Below, piece after piece: positions 48,897-61,700 of a stretch of DNA of 64,000 nt. A program made the position numbers and the translations under genes. Source of the DNA: Mobula hypostoma (lineage: Eukaryota); the NCBI RefSeq assembly GCF_963921235.1, contig NC_086097.1:38752001-38816000 (forward strand). The letters are read 5' to 3'. The notes beneath the pieces are model-generated. The model was not told where the DNA came from and did not search any database. It saw only the letters and a list, made by a program, of their open reading frames with translations. The stretch's first letter is position 1; every line of letters starts with the position of its first letter.

Positions 48897-50778
48897 TGGA
48901 CCCCCTACAATTCGTCTACCGCCACAACCGATTGGCAGTTGACGCCATAGCCACAGCTCTACACTCCATCCTTTCATATCTGGAGAAGGAAGATGCTTAT
49001 GTGAGAAAGCTGTTCTTGGACTACAGTTCAGCATTCAACACCCTAATTCCCTCCAGGCTCGACAAGAAGCTCAGAGGCCTTGGCCTTCACCCTGCCTTGT
49101 GCAGCTGGATCCTGGACTTCCTGTCAGATCACTAGCAGATGGGAAGAGTGGGCTCCTCACCTCTGCCCCTCTGACCCTCAACACAGGAGCCCCCTCAGGG
49201 CTGTGTATTAAGCCCCCTCCTTTACTCTCTGTATACCCATGACTGTGTCGCCACCCACAGCTCCAATCTGCTAATTAAATTTGCTGACAACACCACACTG
49301 ATTGGCCTAATTAGATTATGAGAACACTCAGTCCTCTTTTATTGTCATTTAGGAATGCATACATGCATTAAGAAATAATACAATGTTTCTCCGGAGTGAT
49401 ATCACAGAAAACAGGACAAACCAAAGACTAACACTGACAGAAACACATAATTATAACAGCAGTGCAAAGCAATACCATAATTTGATGAAGAACAAACCAT
49501 GGGCATGGTAAAAAATGTCTCAAAAGTCCACGAAATCGACTCCAGAGTCCCCGATAGCAGGTGGCAAAAGGGAGAAACTCCCTGCCATAAACCTCCAGGT
49601 ACCGTCAACTTGCCAATGCCTTGGAAGCAGCCGACCACAGCCAACACTGAGTCCATCCGTCCGAAAACTTCGAGCCTGCAACCAGCCTCTCCGATACAGC
49701 CTCCCGAACGCCATCCTCTGCCGAGCGCCTTCGACCTCGCCCCGGCCGCTGAAACAAGCAAAGCCGAGGATTTTGGGGCCTTCTGCTCTGGAGATTCCGG
49801 TTACCACACAGTAGCAGCGGCAGCAAAGCGAGCATTTCAGAAGTTTTCCAGATGTTCCTCTGTACTCTCATGTCTGTCTCCATCAAATCAGATTTGTGCA
49901 CGGTCCCCTACTTGACAGATTACAGATATTCATCACCGGAGAGGCCGCGTGCGCTGACGTCGCGCCATCTTCTCCATCTCAAATAATAATGAGGCAGCCT
50001 ACAGAGAATAAGTCATCTCTCTGACACAGTGGTGTCGAGAAAACAACCTCTCCCTCAATGTCACAAAAACAAACAAGCTGGTTGTGGATTACAAGAGGAA
50101 TGGAGACAGGCTAAGCCCTATTGACATCAATGGATTTGGGGTTGAGAGGGTGAACAGCTTTAAATTCCTCGGCATAAACATCACCGAGCATCTCACGTGG
50201 TCTGTACACACCAGCTGTGTGGTGAAAAAGGCACAACAGCACCTTTTTCACCTCAGACAATTGAAGAAGTTTGGTATGGGCCCCCAAGAACTTTCTACAG
50301 GGCCACAATTGAGAGCATCCTGACTGGCTGCATCACTGCCTGGTGTGGGAACTGTACTCCCCTCAATCGCAGGACTCTGCAGAGAGTGGTGCGGACAGCC
50401 CAACACATCTGCAGATGTGAACTTCCCACTATTCAGGACATTTACAAAGACAAGTGTGTAAAAAGGGCCTGAAGGAACACTGGGGACCCAAGTCACCTCA
50501 ACCACAAACTGTTCCAACTGCTACCATCCAGGAAACAGTACCGCAGTATAAAACCCAGAACCAACAGGCTCCGGGACAGCTTCTGCCACCAAGCCATCAG
50601 ACTGATTAATTCATGCTGACACAACTGTATTTCTATGTTATATTGACTATCCTGTTGTACATAATATTTATTATAAATTACTATAAATTGCACATTGCAC
50701 ATCTAGATGGAGACTTAAAGTAACGATTTTTACTCCTCATGTATATGAAGAAAGTAAGTAATAAAGTCAATTCAATTC
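48897..50778 (+). mobile_element. Younger Rex1/Babar LINE, 5'-truncated, nested in the older copy
   Basis: [37 protein letters not shown]-like, KFAD, ERVNSFKFLG, LLPSRKQYRS; tail aataaagtcaattcaattc. Confidence 0.92.
49312..49975 (-). mobile_element. Full-length 664 bp non-autonomous, non-tRNA retroposon
   Basis: Cleanly interrupts Rex1 codons IGL|ISNNN with a 2 bp AT duplication; 5' end GGAGAAGATGGCG (YY1 motif); CpG-rich body; tail atgacaataaaag..ataatcta; truncated copies at 2803 and 30303. Confidence 0.88.
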
Positions 50779-51579
50779 ATAATTGAAGGAGACTTCAATC
50801 ATGTTAACCTGCAGGACATTTTACTCAAATTCCATCAACTCGTCACCATGGCCACTAGGGGAAAAAACTGACTCAACCATGTTTATACAAATAGACACAG
50901 TACTCACAAATCCATTCCATACCCTCATCTTGGCCTCTCTGACCACATCTCCATACTGTTAATCCCAGTATACCAAACACAGCTGACAATGTAGAAACCA
51001 GTCAAGAGGACCATCGTTGTCTGGCCTAATGAGACAAACTCTATGCTTCAGGACTGTTTTGAATTGACCAGCTGGCAGATGTTCCAGGAGGCCACGACAA
51101 GCAGAGTAGAAACAGACCTTGAAGAATATGCCTCCTCTGTCATCAGCTGCATTAGCAAATATGTAAACAAAGTTGGTACCTCAAAGATGGTCACAACCAG
51201 AAGCCCTGGCTGAATGCAGAGGTACGCTGCCTACTGAAAGCCTGGGAAGCTGCCTTCAAGTTCGGTGATAGAACTGCCTGGAGAAATTTCATCTTAGACA
51301 TCAAAATGGGAAAGGCTACCTATGCACAAAAAAATTCAGGAGAACCTGTCTGATAATGATCCCCAGCATATGTGGCTGGGCATCACTGAGTACACAAGGA
51401 AAAAACAGTGACTGTACTCCCTCCCTGAAACTCAAAACAACTTTAATGCACATTTTGAAGCATGCAACACAACGCCAGCCACAAACGCTACCACCCTTCC
51501 CATCTGTAACAGCAGCAGACATGAGCAAGACTCTGCAGAGAGTCAAATCCAGTAAGGTAGCAGGGTCAGACAACATCTC

Positions 51580-52450
51580 TGTCATGGTCCAGTCTGTGAA
51601 GTCTGCATTCCGGTTCACGGTCGAGTCCATGGACTCAGGACTCCGGGTCTTTCAGCTATCCCTTGTTTTGGTTGAGTTAATCATAGGTACCTGATTCCCA
51701 TCTTGGGGCTTGGAATATAGGTAGCCTTGGGGTTGAGTGTGGGCTGCTGGTTTGTCTTGTCAAGATCCACTGGGAGCAACCTGCCGGTGGAAGGCTAGAG
51801 CAGCCATGTGCCATCTTTAGGCTGTGTTGGGGAACCATCTCCTCATGGAGCCTTGCTGTCAGTAGTTGGAGCTGTCTTTGTGGTATGGATTCTGTTGTTT
51901 CCTGGGCCAGCTGAGTGGCTGCCAGCCACTCAGAGCTAGGTAGGGATCCAGCTGTTTCTGTAGCCAGCTGAGGTTGCTGGCTGAACTGTGACTCGGAGCA
52001 ACCCTGATACAGAGATGGAACTGACTGTCGTTCTTTGGTGTTTGTCTCTTCTTGTCTTTGCCTCTGGGGGGGTAAGTCAGGCTGTCTTGCCATTGCCCTG
52101 TGGGGGGTCATGTCTTGTCTTGTCCTTGCCTCCGTGGGGTAAGTCAGGCTGTTCTGCCATTGCCCTGCAGGGGGGTCCTGTGTTGTCTTTGCCTCTGTTG
52201 GGTAAGTCTGGCCGTTCTGCCGCTACCTGACAGAGGGATCTGTCCCACCTTGGTGTGGAGATGAAGTTGAGGCCCGATTTGTCTAAGGATAAGTCCTGGC
52301 TCTATGTCTATGTTCTGTCCAGTCTCGTGTTGGTGTTGTGTTAAAGATGAGTCCTGGCTTTTTGAAGGATAAGTCCCAGCTCTATGTTGATGTACAGTTC
52401 CCAGTCGGTCTCCAAGTTCCAGCCTCCGAGTTATCAGCCTCTGCATCCCC
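51580..52450 (+). mobile_element. Gypsy-type LTR (3'-incomplete) with internal tandem repeats
   Basis: Starts TGTCATGG at a break in Rex1; three about 65 bp repeats (gtaagtcaggctg..ttgccctg) at 52055-52230 and three agtcctggct units; no clear terminal CA or TSD. Confidence 0.6.
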
Positions 52451-52911
52451 AGACCCCATCTTCAGCATGTCACTCATCCAGGCCACTGTCCCCACATACT
52501 TCAAATCAGCCATTGTCATCCCTGTGCCAAAGAAATCTACGCTTTCTGAATTAAACAGCTACTGCCCAATGCCACTAATGCCAGTCATCATGAAGTGCTT
52601 TGGATGGCTGATAATACCATAGTATCTGTCACGTACCTGGCCCTGACACACCTAGAAAACAAGGACACTTACATCAGAATGCCTTCTCTGGACTTCAAGC
52701 ATTCAACACTATTGTCCCATGGTGAATAAATTCCTACTCCTTGTTCTAAATACTCCACTGTGCAAATGGGTGTTGGACTTCCCCACCAACAGACCTCAAA
52801 TAATCAGAATGCACAACCTCTCATCCCTCCCCGTCATCCTGAACACGGGTGACCCCAGGTTTGTGTGCGGAGCCCATTGCTGTACTCCAGTACTCACATA
52901 CGACTGCACTC

Positions 52912-53290
52912 CAGTTGACGGAGATCACTGAAGGTCAGATGATACGACAGGAGGAATAGAACAACTGTGGGAGGGTGAATTTACTCCCTGTATTTTTGGG
53001 GCTGTTAAGACCTCATCGGTGGAGCTGGAGGAAGATGATGACGCATCGCAGTGGCAGTGAAGGCAGACGAAGGCTGCAGCAGTGAAGTCGACTGGCGCTC
53101 TGTCCAGGAATGTGTGGTGGCTGCCCATGCGTCAGCCTCCCTACATTAAACAAAGTCACGCACAAGTGTCTCCATGAAGGAAATCCACCCTAACATCCCG
53201 GTTATGTGGATCCTAGACTGGCCTCTACAGCTACCTCGTTGCAGAACATCATACTCCACTTGAGTAATCACACTAATATAAGTAACAGTC
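52912..53290. repeat. Unclassified probable interspersed repeat
   Basis: Abrupt compositional switch after Rex1 YDCT, CpG-containing, short repeat-like end; family not recognised. Confidence 0.3.
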
Positions 53291-54224
53291 ATGGATTCTG
53301 CTCCTCGCTTCATCTTCCACCTTTTGACTTTCCCAAGACATGGACAATATATGTGATATGAGCTAGAATGACTAAGAAGAAGACTAAAAACTTAATTATA
53401 TTAATTAAATGATGCTCCCAAGTCATGCAAGGAGATTATTCACTAGCCCTTTTATCTACTTGGGTTATAACCAAGAAACAAACAGGCCTCAGGTTATTGG
53501 ATTGCTTTATCAGATATTTTGACTTTAGTTCCAATCTTCAATTGGCTGTTTTTTGGGAGTTAATGATTTAACCCTTTATTAACCTACAAGGGTTGTTCCA
53601 TCTGATTGGCAAAGGCAACACATCAATACATCCATTGTTCACACCAGAGTGGAGTTCTAATAACCAGGGTTCCAGTGCAGAAGCCGAGAGAAAGACCTTG
53701 CCAATGTGAATCTGCTATTGAATACTACAGGCACAAGGGCCAGGCCAACATTTTGAAAAGTATATCCACAGTTATTTAGAGCCATTGACTACTTAATTGC
53801 ATTGAGTGCAATATTAAGTCAGTAAATGTTAGACAGACTAATTTATATTTGATATTTTGTGACCTTTTGCATCAAATCGTGTCTTAACATTATTTTATAG
53901 ATTCCTATCAGCATGGTTACCTAATTCACAATGTTTGCTCAAAATAACCAAATGGTGTGCTCGAGAACACCAGGGAATGGTTTAATTTGTATTTATATTT
54001 GTATGATAGTAATTTATTATGGCTCCCTTATAACCTTTGGTATTTTCCAAATCAAAGTACCCCTGGATTTTATTTCAGTTTTTGTTGATACCCACAAAAA
54101 CACAAAATCCTAACTTGAGTCAATTATCCTAACAGTATGCGGCACTGACTGATACCGTATCCTTTAGATCACGACCTTAAATTCTGGATAGGTTGAAAAA
54201 TTACATGGAGAAAGATCAGTTTTT

Positions 54225-54635
54225 TAAAAATTCTTTCATGGGATGTGGCTGTCGCTGACAGTACATGCCCTTATTGTGTATCCCTCATTGCATCTTCAGT
54301 GAGAGAGCAGGTAGAACCAATCTCATTGGTGGATCTGGATCACAAATAGGCCAGACAAGGTAAGGAAGGCAGATTTATTTTTCAAGAACCTCAGCGAACT
54401 AAAGAGTCTGGCTGAAGGATCTCGGCCCAAAACGTTGACATTTTACTCACTTCCATAGATGCTGCCTGGCCTGCTGAGTTCCTCCAGCATTTTGTGTGTG
54501 AACCAAATTGATTTTGCTTAAATATGGTTGCTTTGTATTTATCATTAATGAGTTTATTTTAAAACCAGGCTGTAATGGAGGCGTGCAAAGGTATCTCTAG
54601 ATTAGTGGTCTAGAACCCTGACTGCCTTACCAGTA
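54225..54635 (-). mobile_element. tRNA SINE (Meta-domain-like) split by a pLTR at 54405-54500
   Basis: ggatctggatcacaaataggccagacaaggtaaggaaggcagattt; tail ttcatgggatgtggctgtcgctg shared with the divergent CR1-group LINE. Confidence 0.55.
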
Positions 54636-54641
54636 ACTTAT

Positions 54642-55475
54642 TGTGATGAAAGTGGTTTGGACCCAAATGCAGGAGTACCTGAAGCAAGGATCGAAATACG
54701 GTATCAAACTGGACCGAGAACGGAGCTGGACAATATCACTAGTAGGCTTAAGATTGAGCACCAAACCTCAGTTCAGTTGCTCTTTAAATGCTCAATTCTT
54801 GGCACCCGAAACATGATTTCCAATTAGCAGGACCATCCTGAAACCTTAAAGAGGCCATGCCAGCTATCCATATTCTGGAGAGTTTGAGCTTCTAAATCCC
54901 AGAAACTGGCATGGTTGGGAGTGTTAAAGCGGGTCCCTGTCTTTTCCTTTGGTTCACCTTGGTCCCCGCCTTCCGGGCCGAGGCCAGCAAAATCTCTCTT
55001 GCCCCAATCCATTTTTGCTTGTCACGTTGGATGAAATCTTCGGCCACAGGGGCCCCAACCTCGGCCTCTTGTTCCAGAGAGAGAGGCAGAGGATAACCAA
55101 ACAGGCACTCGAATGGCGACATCCCGTGTGCTGAGTACGGTAAGGTGAGTGACCTCTGCCCTCATCAAATGGTCACACTACTCATCAGGCCTGTCTGAGG
55201 CCAGGCATCTTGGGACACATTCTAAATCTTGGTTGGTCCACTCTGTCTGGCTGTTGGACTGCGGGTGAAACCCAGAGGAAAGATTTGCTGTTGCCCCCAA
55301 TCAGTTTGTAGAATGCCCTTCAGAAATGTGATGCAAATTGTGGACTACGATCCAAACTATGTCCACCAGGAATCCATGGATCTGAAGGCTTGGTTCAGGG
55401 CAATCTCCGCTGCAGATGGTAGCTTCTCCAAGCCAGTGAACTTGTAGACTTTCACAAAACGATCAACAATTACCA
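54642..55475 (-). mobile_element. Ty3/Gypsy integrase remnant plus partial 3' LTR
   Basis: [59 protein letters not shown] end tgcatttgggtcc..catcACA. Confidence 0.82.
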
Positions 55476-55990
55476 TGAAAAAGAGTATATTCGATGCTTC
55501 GGCCCAAGACCCTTTGGCAGGACTGGAGAAAGAAAGCTGAGGAGTAGATTTAAAAAGTGGTGGGGGTGGGGAGAGAGAATCACAAGGTGATAGGTGAAAC
55601 CTGAAGGGGGGAGGGGTGAAGTAAAGAGCTGGTAATTTGATTGGTGAAAGAGATACAGGGCTGGAGAAGGGGGAACCTAATAGAAGAGGACAGAAGGCCT
55701 TGGAAGAAAGAAAAGGTGGGGAGGGGGAGGAACACCAGCGGTAGGTGATGGGCAGGTAAGGAGATAAGGTGAGAGAGGGAAAAGGGGATGGGGAATAGTG
55801 AAGGAGAGGGGTGGGCATTACTGGAAGTTCAATAGCAATGTTCATGCCATCAGGTCGGAAGCTACCCAGATGGAATATAAGGTGTTGTTCCTCCAATCTG
55901 AGTATGGCCTCATCATGACAGTGGAGGAAACCATGGATCGACATACCAGAATGTGAATTGGAAGTGAAATTAAAATGGGTGGCCACTGGA
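55476..55990 (-). mobile_element. Penelope-like element 3' end
   Basis: PVATHFNFTSNSHSGMSIHGFLHCHDEAILRLEEQHLIFHLGSFRPDGMN, UTR, degenerate hammerhead at 55490-55525. Confidence 0.88.
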
Positions 55991-56014
55991 TTTCCCACTT
56001 GTGCTTGGTGTGGG

Positions 56015-56286
56015 ATCCCGTTGATGTTCTTGTTCTGTTTAATGCAGGAGAGGGGATTTAGGGTCAATGTTCTTGTTCTGTTTTGTGCATAGGGAGGGGG
56101 CATTGGGGGGGGGGTGGTGGTTGATTATCAGGACGCCTTTCTTTTTTGTGCCAGGGGTGGGCTTGATGTTTTTCTATGAACGACTTTCATGTACTTTCTT
56201 TGGTTCATGGCTATCTGGGAAAGACAAATCTCAAAGTTGTATATGGATACATACCTTGATAATAAACAAAACCCTGAACCTTTGAA
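56015..56286 (+). mobile_element. Non-coding retroposon 3' part with Rex1-type tail
   Basis: aatctcaaagttgtatatggatacataccttgataataaa..tgaacctttgaa. Confidence 0.6.
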
Positions 56287-56289
56287 AAA

Positions 56290-56532
56290 CAATAAACATC
56301 CAGTAAGCAGCAGTTCTGTGGGCAAGACTGCCATATTAATGAGAGAGGTGAGGAGAATGGTCAGAGTGTTTCAATCTGACAGGAAGGTAACAATAACTGA
56401 AATGACCACGCATTACAAAAGTGTTGTGCAGAAGAGCACCTTTAATGCATTGAAACTTGAAGTGGATGGGCTACAGCAGCACAAGACCATACAAGGTTCC
56501 ACTCCTTTGCCTAGTAAAGTAGCCACTGAGTG
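56290..56532 (+). mobile_element. Tc1 derivative right half (family of 3421-3986)
   Basis: Aligns with 3720-3920; right TIR taaagtagccactgagtg|ta. Confidence 0.82.
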
Positions 56533-57589
56533 TAATTCTTTCATGCAATAATTCTTTATTCTTTGTAAATTTTGCAAATTGTTGTTTTCGTTGCATATAC
56601 TGCCAGCGCACTACAGCAAATTCCTAATATATGTAAATGTATATGGCGAATAAACTTGTTCCTTCGTCCTTGTCTCCTGTGATTATTTTGTATGATGTAT
56701 GTTGTAGCAAGAAGTAACTGCATGAGTTGATTTTGATTAAAAGTGTATCAATACATTGCTGTTTACAAGCCACGTTGTCTTGAAAAAGTTGCTGTAGTAT
56801 ATTACCTTGTCATTAAAGAATTTTGTTCAAATACAGGGGAAAAAATAAAACAGAATTTGGGATCATTGGGTGATTATAACTTTAAAAGATGATAGTGGTG
56901 TGGAACTGCTACTGACATATTGATTTATGCCTCTGCAAAGCAGAAGTACGACTGCCATTGACAACTGATTTTGAAAAGAATGAATCTTGAATTAAACATC
57001 TACCGGAATTTTTCCACAAAAATGCTTCCATTAAAATCATGTTAAGTTTCTGTGAATAGAATGGAGCAGCATCTTTATTATTGTTTCTATAATGTCTCAG
57101 GGATCATGTGTTTTAGTAGGTTGCAGGATTTGCCACTATATCATTTCAATCTACTACAGATATGTTTTTCTGATTAGTGCAGTCATGTGCATGTGCTATA
57201 TCTGCCTCATTTAGCATAATTATAAATGAAAGTTCCTTCCCTGTCTGGTAACTTTGTAGCAGCATCTTGGGATTTCTGCCAGAGGCCCAGTGAGATGTTT
57301 GCCTGGTGGAAACAGTCACGCTACTTCTTGGAATGGTGCAACACTTTCAGGCATCATTATCACTCTGCTTCAGGGTCTTGTGACTTCCTTGTTCATTATT
57401 TAAATGATCAGATTCTTATAATTTGGGGTAGGCGGGTCAAAGTCAAGCAATTAGGGAAGTATTGTACCTACCACATTCCCACTGGCAATATAATGTGAGA
57501 AATTACTTCCTCTGTTATTATCACATATCAGTTGGTAGATACAGTAAATCCAAATTTAGAGAAATTTTCAGTTAAAAGTCAAAATAGAG

Positions 57590-58090
57590 ATAAACACTCT
57601 TTTATCCAGCATTAATGAATCCAGAATTCTCATACAACTGGCAAAAGTTTCCAAGAATATTAAGCAATTTCATAACTTTTCTTTGAAAGTATATTTGTAA
57701 ATTTGGCACCTTCTGTTGCAATGTGATTTTATTTGCTGTCTCCTATCAGCCTGCAGCACAGCAGCCTGTCCCCAGTCTCTCATATCTGTTCATTGCAAGG
57801 TCAAGTCCAGTTGTATTTCATAAACTGTACTACATTTCTACACCATGTCCATTTACCTCCAGCAAAGTTACAAAGTGGAATTAAAATTTTTAACATTGAA
57901 CCAAAAAATGGAAATATGTGAAAGCCTGAAAAGTGATGAAAAAGTAAATGTTCTTATGGAAGAATTCCACATTTGTTACTCGATGATGTATGGCATAAAG
58001 TCGCAAAGTTCAAAGCTTAAAGAGTTCCTCATGAACTCAGAGACTGATAAAATACAGTCTGGCAATTCACTTAAAGGTTTATGCAAAGAA
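57590..58090 (+). mobile_element. Tigger/pogo transposase 5' remnant
   Basis: LTLNQKMEICESLKSDEKVNVLMEEFHICYSMMYGIK resembles the CENP-B/psq HTH; TIR-like taaacactcttttatccagca at 57591. Confidence 0.65.
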
Positions 58091-59124
58091 TGATAGTGTG
58101 ATGGACAGAAATATTATTTTGAGCACTTTTCATACAACCAGCATATTCATGCACCAGGAGAAAATGACAAACTTTAGCTATACAAATGATCCAGAGAGTA
58201 CTGTGAGACTCCTATTGATGTGGAGTGTTTGAGGAAAGCAGGGAGGATTATCTATGGAAGAGGGAAAGCAGAATTAGCAGTTAATATTGGGAGGTTTGGG
58301 TCTGGAAAACTGAGAACGAGTCTATGATGGGCCATTAGGAAACACCACACCTGTATTTCAAAGCTGCCAGTCTTGCTTATGGTCTCAGTTTGATTATTAA
58401 ATGCAAAAAAAAGTGTAATGCCCTCATTAATTAATCTAGAACTGTTGTAATTAAAATATTTAATAATATTGTTGAAATAAGTAGATTTGCAAAGACTGCA
58501 TATAAATTCACGAGTGGTTTAATTAGTTTCATTGTTTTATTGAAGAGTCCCCGAAAGTAATGAGTTTCATTGGAGAATAATCTTTAGAAATAACAGTTAA
58601 GAAAATGTGTTTATTGTTCCTCCAAAGGCCTTTCTTTTGCTTTCATTCTGTGTGTGTGATGTCATCCATTTTCCTTAAGTTTTCAAAAAAAAATCAAAAT
58701 GAATGACTAGAATGTTAGATATGTGCTTACCGAGAGTCAAAAAGAGACATGCAAGTTCGACAATGCACTGGCTGAATGTTGTTGAGGCACACAATGCCAT
58801 GACTTCAAGTTCCCCCGAGCAGGATGCAAAAGCGGCTTGATCCAAAGTCCTTGATCAGGAGTCGGTGTGAATCTGTGTAAACAAGGGCAGAGTATGCCAG
58901 AAATACCCATCGGATCAGGTAGGGCTTGAGAAGGGAAAGAGACTGAATATTTCCTGGACAATGAACTTGTAGCAGACTGACAAGTCATCCTGGGACTCTT
59001 TCCAGGAGAGTAAATGCTCACCTCTGAGTGACAGCCTGGAATGCAGAGTAGCATCACATCCAGAACTTCGTTAGCTTGGGGCACTACCTAGCTCTTAGGT
59101 AATCCCACGGGGTTAAGGATAACT

Positions 59125-59670
59125 GGCTTTCACTTCAGTTCCGTAACTCCTAGGTGGATGATGAGATCTGTGTGGGACCTGCAGACTCTGCCACAGGTGG
59201 AGTGGAAGTGGATAGGGTTGTGAGGTGGCATACTTCCTCCCCTGTCTTTGTTTTGCCTCTGTGAGGTCTTGGTGCATGGAGTAGAGACTCCCAGCCTGAA
59301 GGTGCCTCCTCCATTTTGAATGCTTAGAACGAGGGGCACAAATTAGTGGGACTGCAAAACAGTTTTAAGGAGGCATTGATAGCATCCTTGAACCTTTTCC
59401 TCTGTCCACCCGGTAAATTCTATCTGCGACAGAACTTGAAAGGTGTTGTTTATTTAGGATTGAGATGTCAGGGTTGTAAATGATGTGGCCAGGCCATTGG
59501 AGGTGAGAGAGGGTAATTGAGATCTCAGTGTTATGACATTGACTGGAAGAGAATACTAAGATTGGTTTGCTTAATTTACCAGTGCACCTCCCAGGTTATG
59601 CAGCGACAGCGTTGTTCGTACACGTGCAATGCTCGAGTGCTTGTTGGAGGTTGTCCACAATTTTGATGAG
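59125..59670 (-). mobile_element. RTE-clade LINE 3' remnant
   Basis: C-terminal zinc finger TCGRVCRSHTDLIIHL; RKRFKDA at 59385-59402. Confidence 0.75.
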
Positions 59671-59689
59671 TACATGAATGGGGGTGGAG

Positions 59690-60030
59690 GGGCGGAGTTA
59701 CAGCTGCACTAAAGGAGATGAAACGCACTCCTTCCCTCCGCTAGCCCGCAGGTCACCCTTGGGCAAGGTGTAGCACCTGCTTAGCCCCCAGTCAGGGTCA
59801 TGTGAAGCTGTGGGAGCAGTGGTGGACTGTGGTATGTGCATATCCCAAGTCCTGGTTATGTGACCACTGACAATCTCTGGAGAATATTGATAATGGTTGG
59901 GAGTCACCTGTCTTGTAAAGACACTGCCCAGAAGAAGGCAAACCACCCCTGTAGAAAAATTTTCCAAGAACAATCATGGTCACTGACCTTGATCACCCAT
60001 GTCACACAACACGGGACATGATGATGATCA
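59690..60030 (+). mobile_element. RTE-related SINE-like element (MER6-like)
   Basis: aagaaggcaaaccacccctgtagaaaaattttccaagaac (RTE 5'UTR-like motif); acacgggacatgatgatgat tail. Confidence 0.6.
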
Positions 60031-60041
60031 TATAAATATAT

Positions 60042-60250
60042 GTTTTTACACAAAGAGTGGTGGGTGTGTGGAATGCACTATCAGTGGGGGCAGTAAAGGC
60101 AGTTAAATCAGGGGCATTTAAGAGACTCTTAGATAGGCACATAGATGAAAGAAAAGTGCGGGGGCTATGTGGGATGGAAGGTTTAGATGGGTTGGCACAA
60201 CATCATGGGCTGAAGGGTCTGTCTTGTGCTGTACAGTTCTATGTTCTATG
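60042..60250 (+). mobile_element. CR1 3' end
   Basis: FTQRVVGVWNALS..AFKRLLDRHID; (ttctatg) tail. Confidence 0.85.
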
Positions 60251-61519
60251 AAGGCAGGATTCCCTGCTGTCTGAGGGACCGGCTTTGAAGACTTTATCTT
60301 TATATGCTCTTTTCCTACGATCTAAAGATTGTGCCGGTCTACCAACAGTGAATTTCATCTTTGGTGTTTGGTTTCACTGAACTGTGCTCCTGAGGTAAAG
60401 GAAATGGTCTACGTTTTCCAGGATCGTGGCATGCATGTTTACTGTTGGAGGATGGTATTATACAGAAGGGGCAGAATGGTAGAGGACCCATGTCTTGTAG
60501 CTGTTTTGTTCGTTGTTGCAGTATATTTCCCCATCAACTAGAATGATATTTTCAATTCATATTTGTAATGGAAATTGTTGCCTCATGATAAGTAAGCACA
60601 TATCCGTATGGGTTGTTTACTCACACCTTTCACATACATACAGGGTCAAAAACTGATGGACCTGCAACTAGTAATGTTTATAGGTCCAGGAATAACTGCA
60701 GTCTAATCTGTAGTCTTTAACATTTCCCTGCTCTGCTCTTTTCCATCACATTCCTACATCTAGCCTTCCAGCCATGCTCTCTCAAATATATTACTCATCT
60801 TATCGTCACGATCTGGTCACGGACCAGAGTTTTTCAAGCAGAATTTTCTGCTTCAAAACCAGGCTCATGAGCTTTATGTGCAGAGGAACTCAGCAGGTCA
60901 GGCAGCATCGATGAAAATGGATGAACAGTCGATGTTTTGGGCCAATATATATAATATGTGTGTGTGTACAAGTATATACACATATATGTTTGTGTGTGTG
61001 TGATTTGCATATAAGATGCACATATTTTGGCTCCCATGTCTCTTAGTGACTTGTTACATTCTTGACACAACATGTGGTTAGAATGAGAACCCACACACAT
61101 TACTGTCTCACACCATCTTTTCCTATGCATAACATATAATGTCACAGCAGAAAGCAGACTGAACTTACCTTATTGATTATTGACTGTTTAGTTGTGTACC
61201 TTTTTTAAAAAAAAAGCTTTTACTTACTAATGTATCAAATCATCTGTATTGGTTACATATTGAGTAAATGATTTGACTTGGCATTGCAGCAGGCTCTTTC
61301 CAGGATGGAAGAGGTGGGCTCTTTTTTTTTTAACTTAAGATCTAATCAAAATTGATATTCAGACCTTCAAATGCAACAGGCATCAGGTCCATTACATTTG
61401 GAAACAAGGTCCCAGAACCTGTTGTAAAGGGTTAATCTTTGTGCTTGTCGAACGTCTCACCACCACTGTGACCTTGATCGTAACTGTGGAGCCCTCTGCC
61501 CGGTGAAGCAGTGGAGGCT

Positions 61520-61700
61520 ACCTCAGGAAATATATTTAAGACAAGGTTGGACAGATGTTTGCATAGTAGGGGAATTAAGGGTTATGGGGAAAAGGCAGGT
61601 AGGTGAAGATGAGTCCATGGTCAGATCAGCTCAATGAATGGCAGAGCAGGCTCGATGGGCCAGATGGCCGACTCCTACTCCTATTTCTTTTGTTCTTATG
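61520..61700 (+). mobile_element. CR1 3' end
   Basis: atttaagacaaggttggacagat..gcagagcaggctcgatgggccagatggccgactcctactcctatttc. Confidence 0.85.

Larger units (their letters stand above)
48290..52910 (+). mobile_element. Long old Rex1/Babar LINE (EN+RT), host of nested insertions
   Basis: PSLFLASIR..EMRNCCILVF, FITAVYIP, PDDLF|IIEGDFNH across the insert, LGLSDHISI, FKSAIVIPVPKK..NSYCP..IMKCF, LCKWVLDFPTNRPQ. Confidence 0.85.

Noticed and set aside
49402..49915. Cluster of overlapping ORFs on both strands
   Set aside because: GC-rich non-autonomous retroposon body with few stop codons; no domain recognised
52055..52390. CRISPR-like repeat array
   Set aside because: Degenerate tandem units without unique spacers, inside a vertebrate LTR; no cas genes
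55357..56103. 248 aa ORF fusing GIY-YIG and integrase motifs as a novel chimeric enzyme
   Set aside because: Chance read-through across adjacent decayed PLE UTR and Gypsy fragments; catalytic regions are incomplete
58780..58872. RLLIKDFGSSRF kinase-like DFG motif
   Set aside because: Frame closes a few codons later and no other kinase subdomain is nearby
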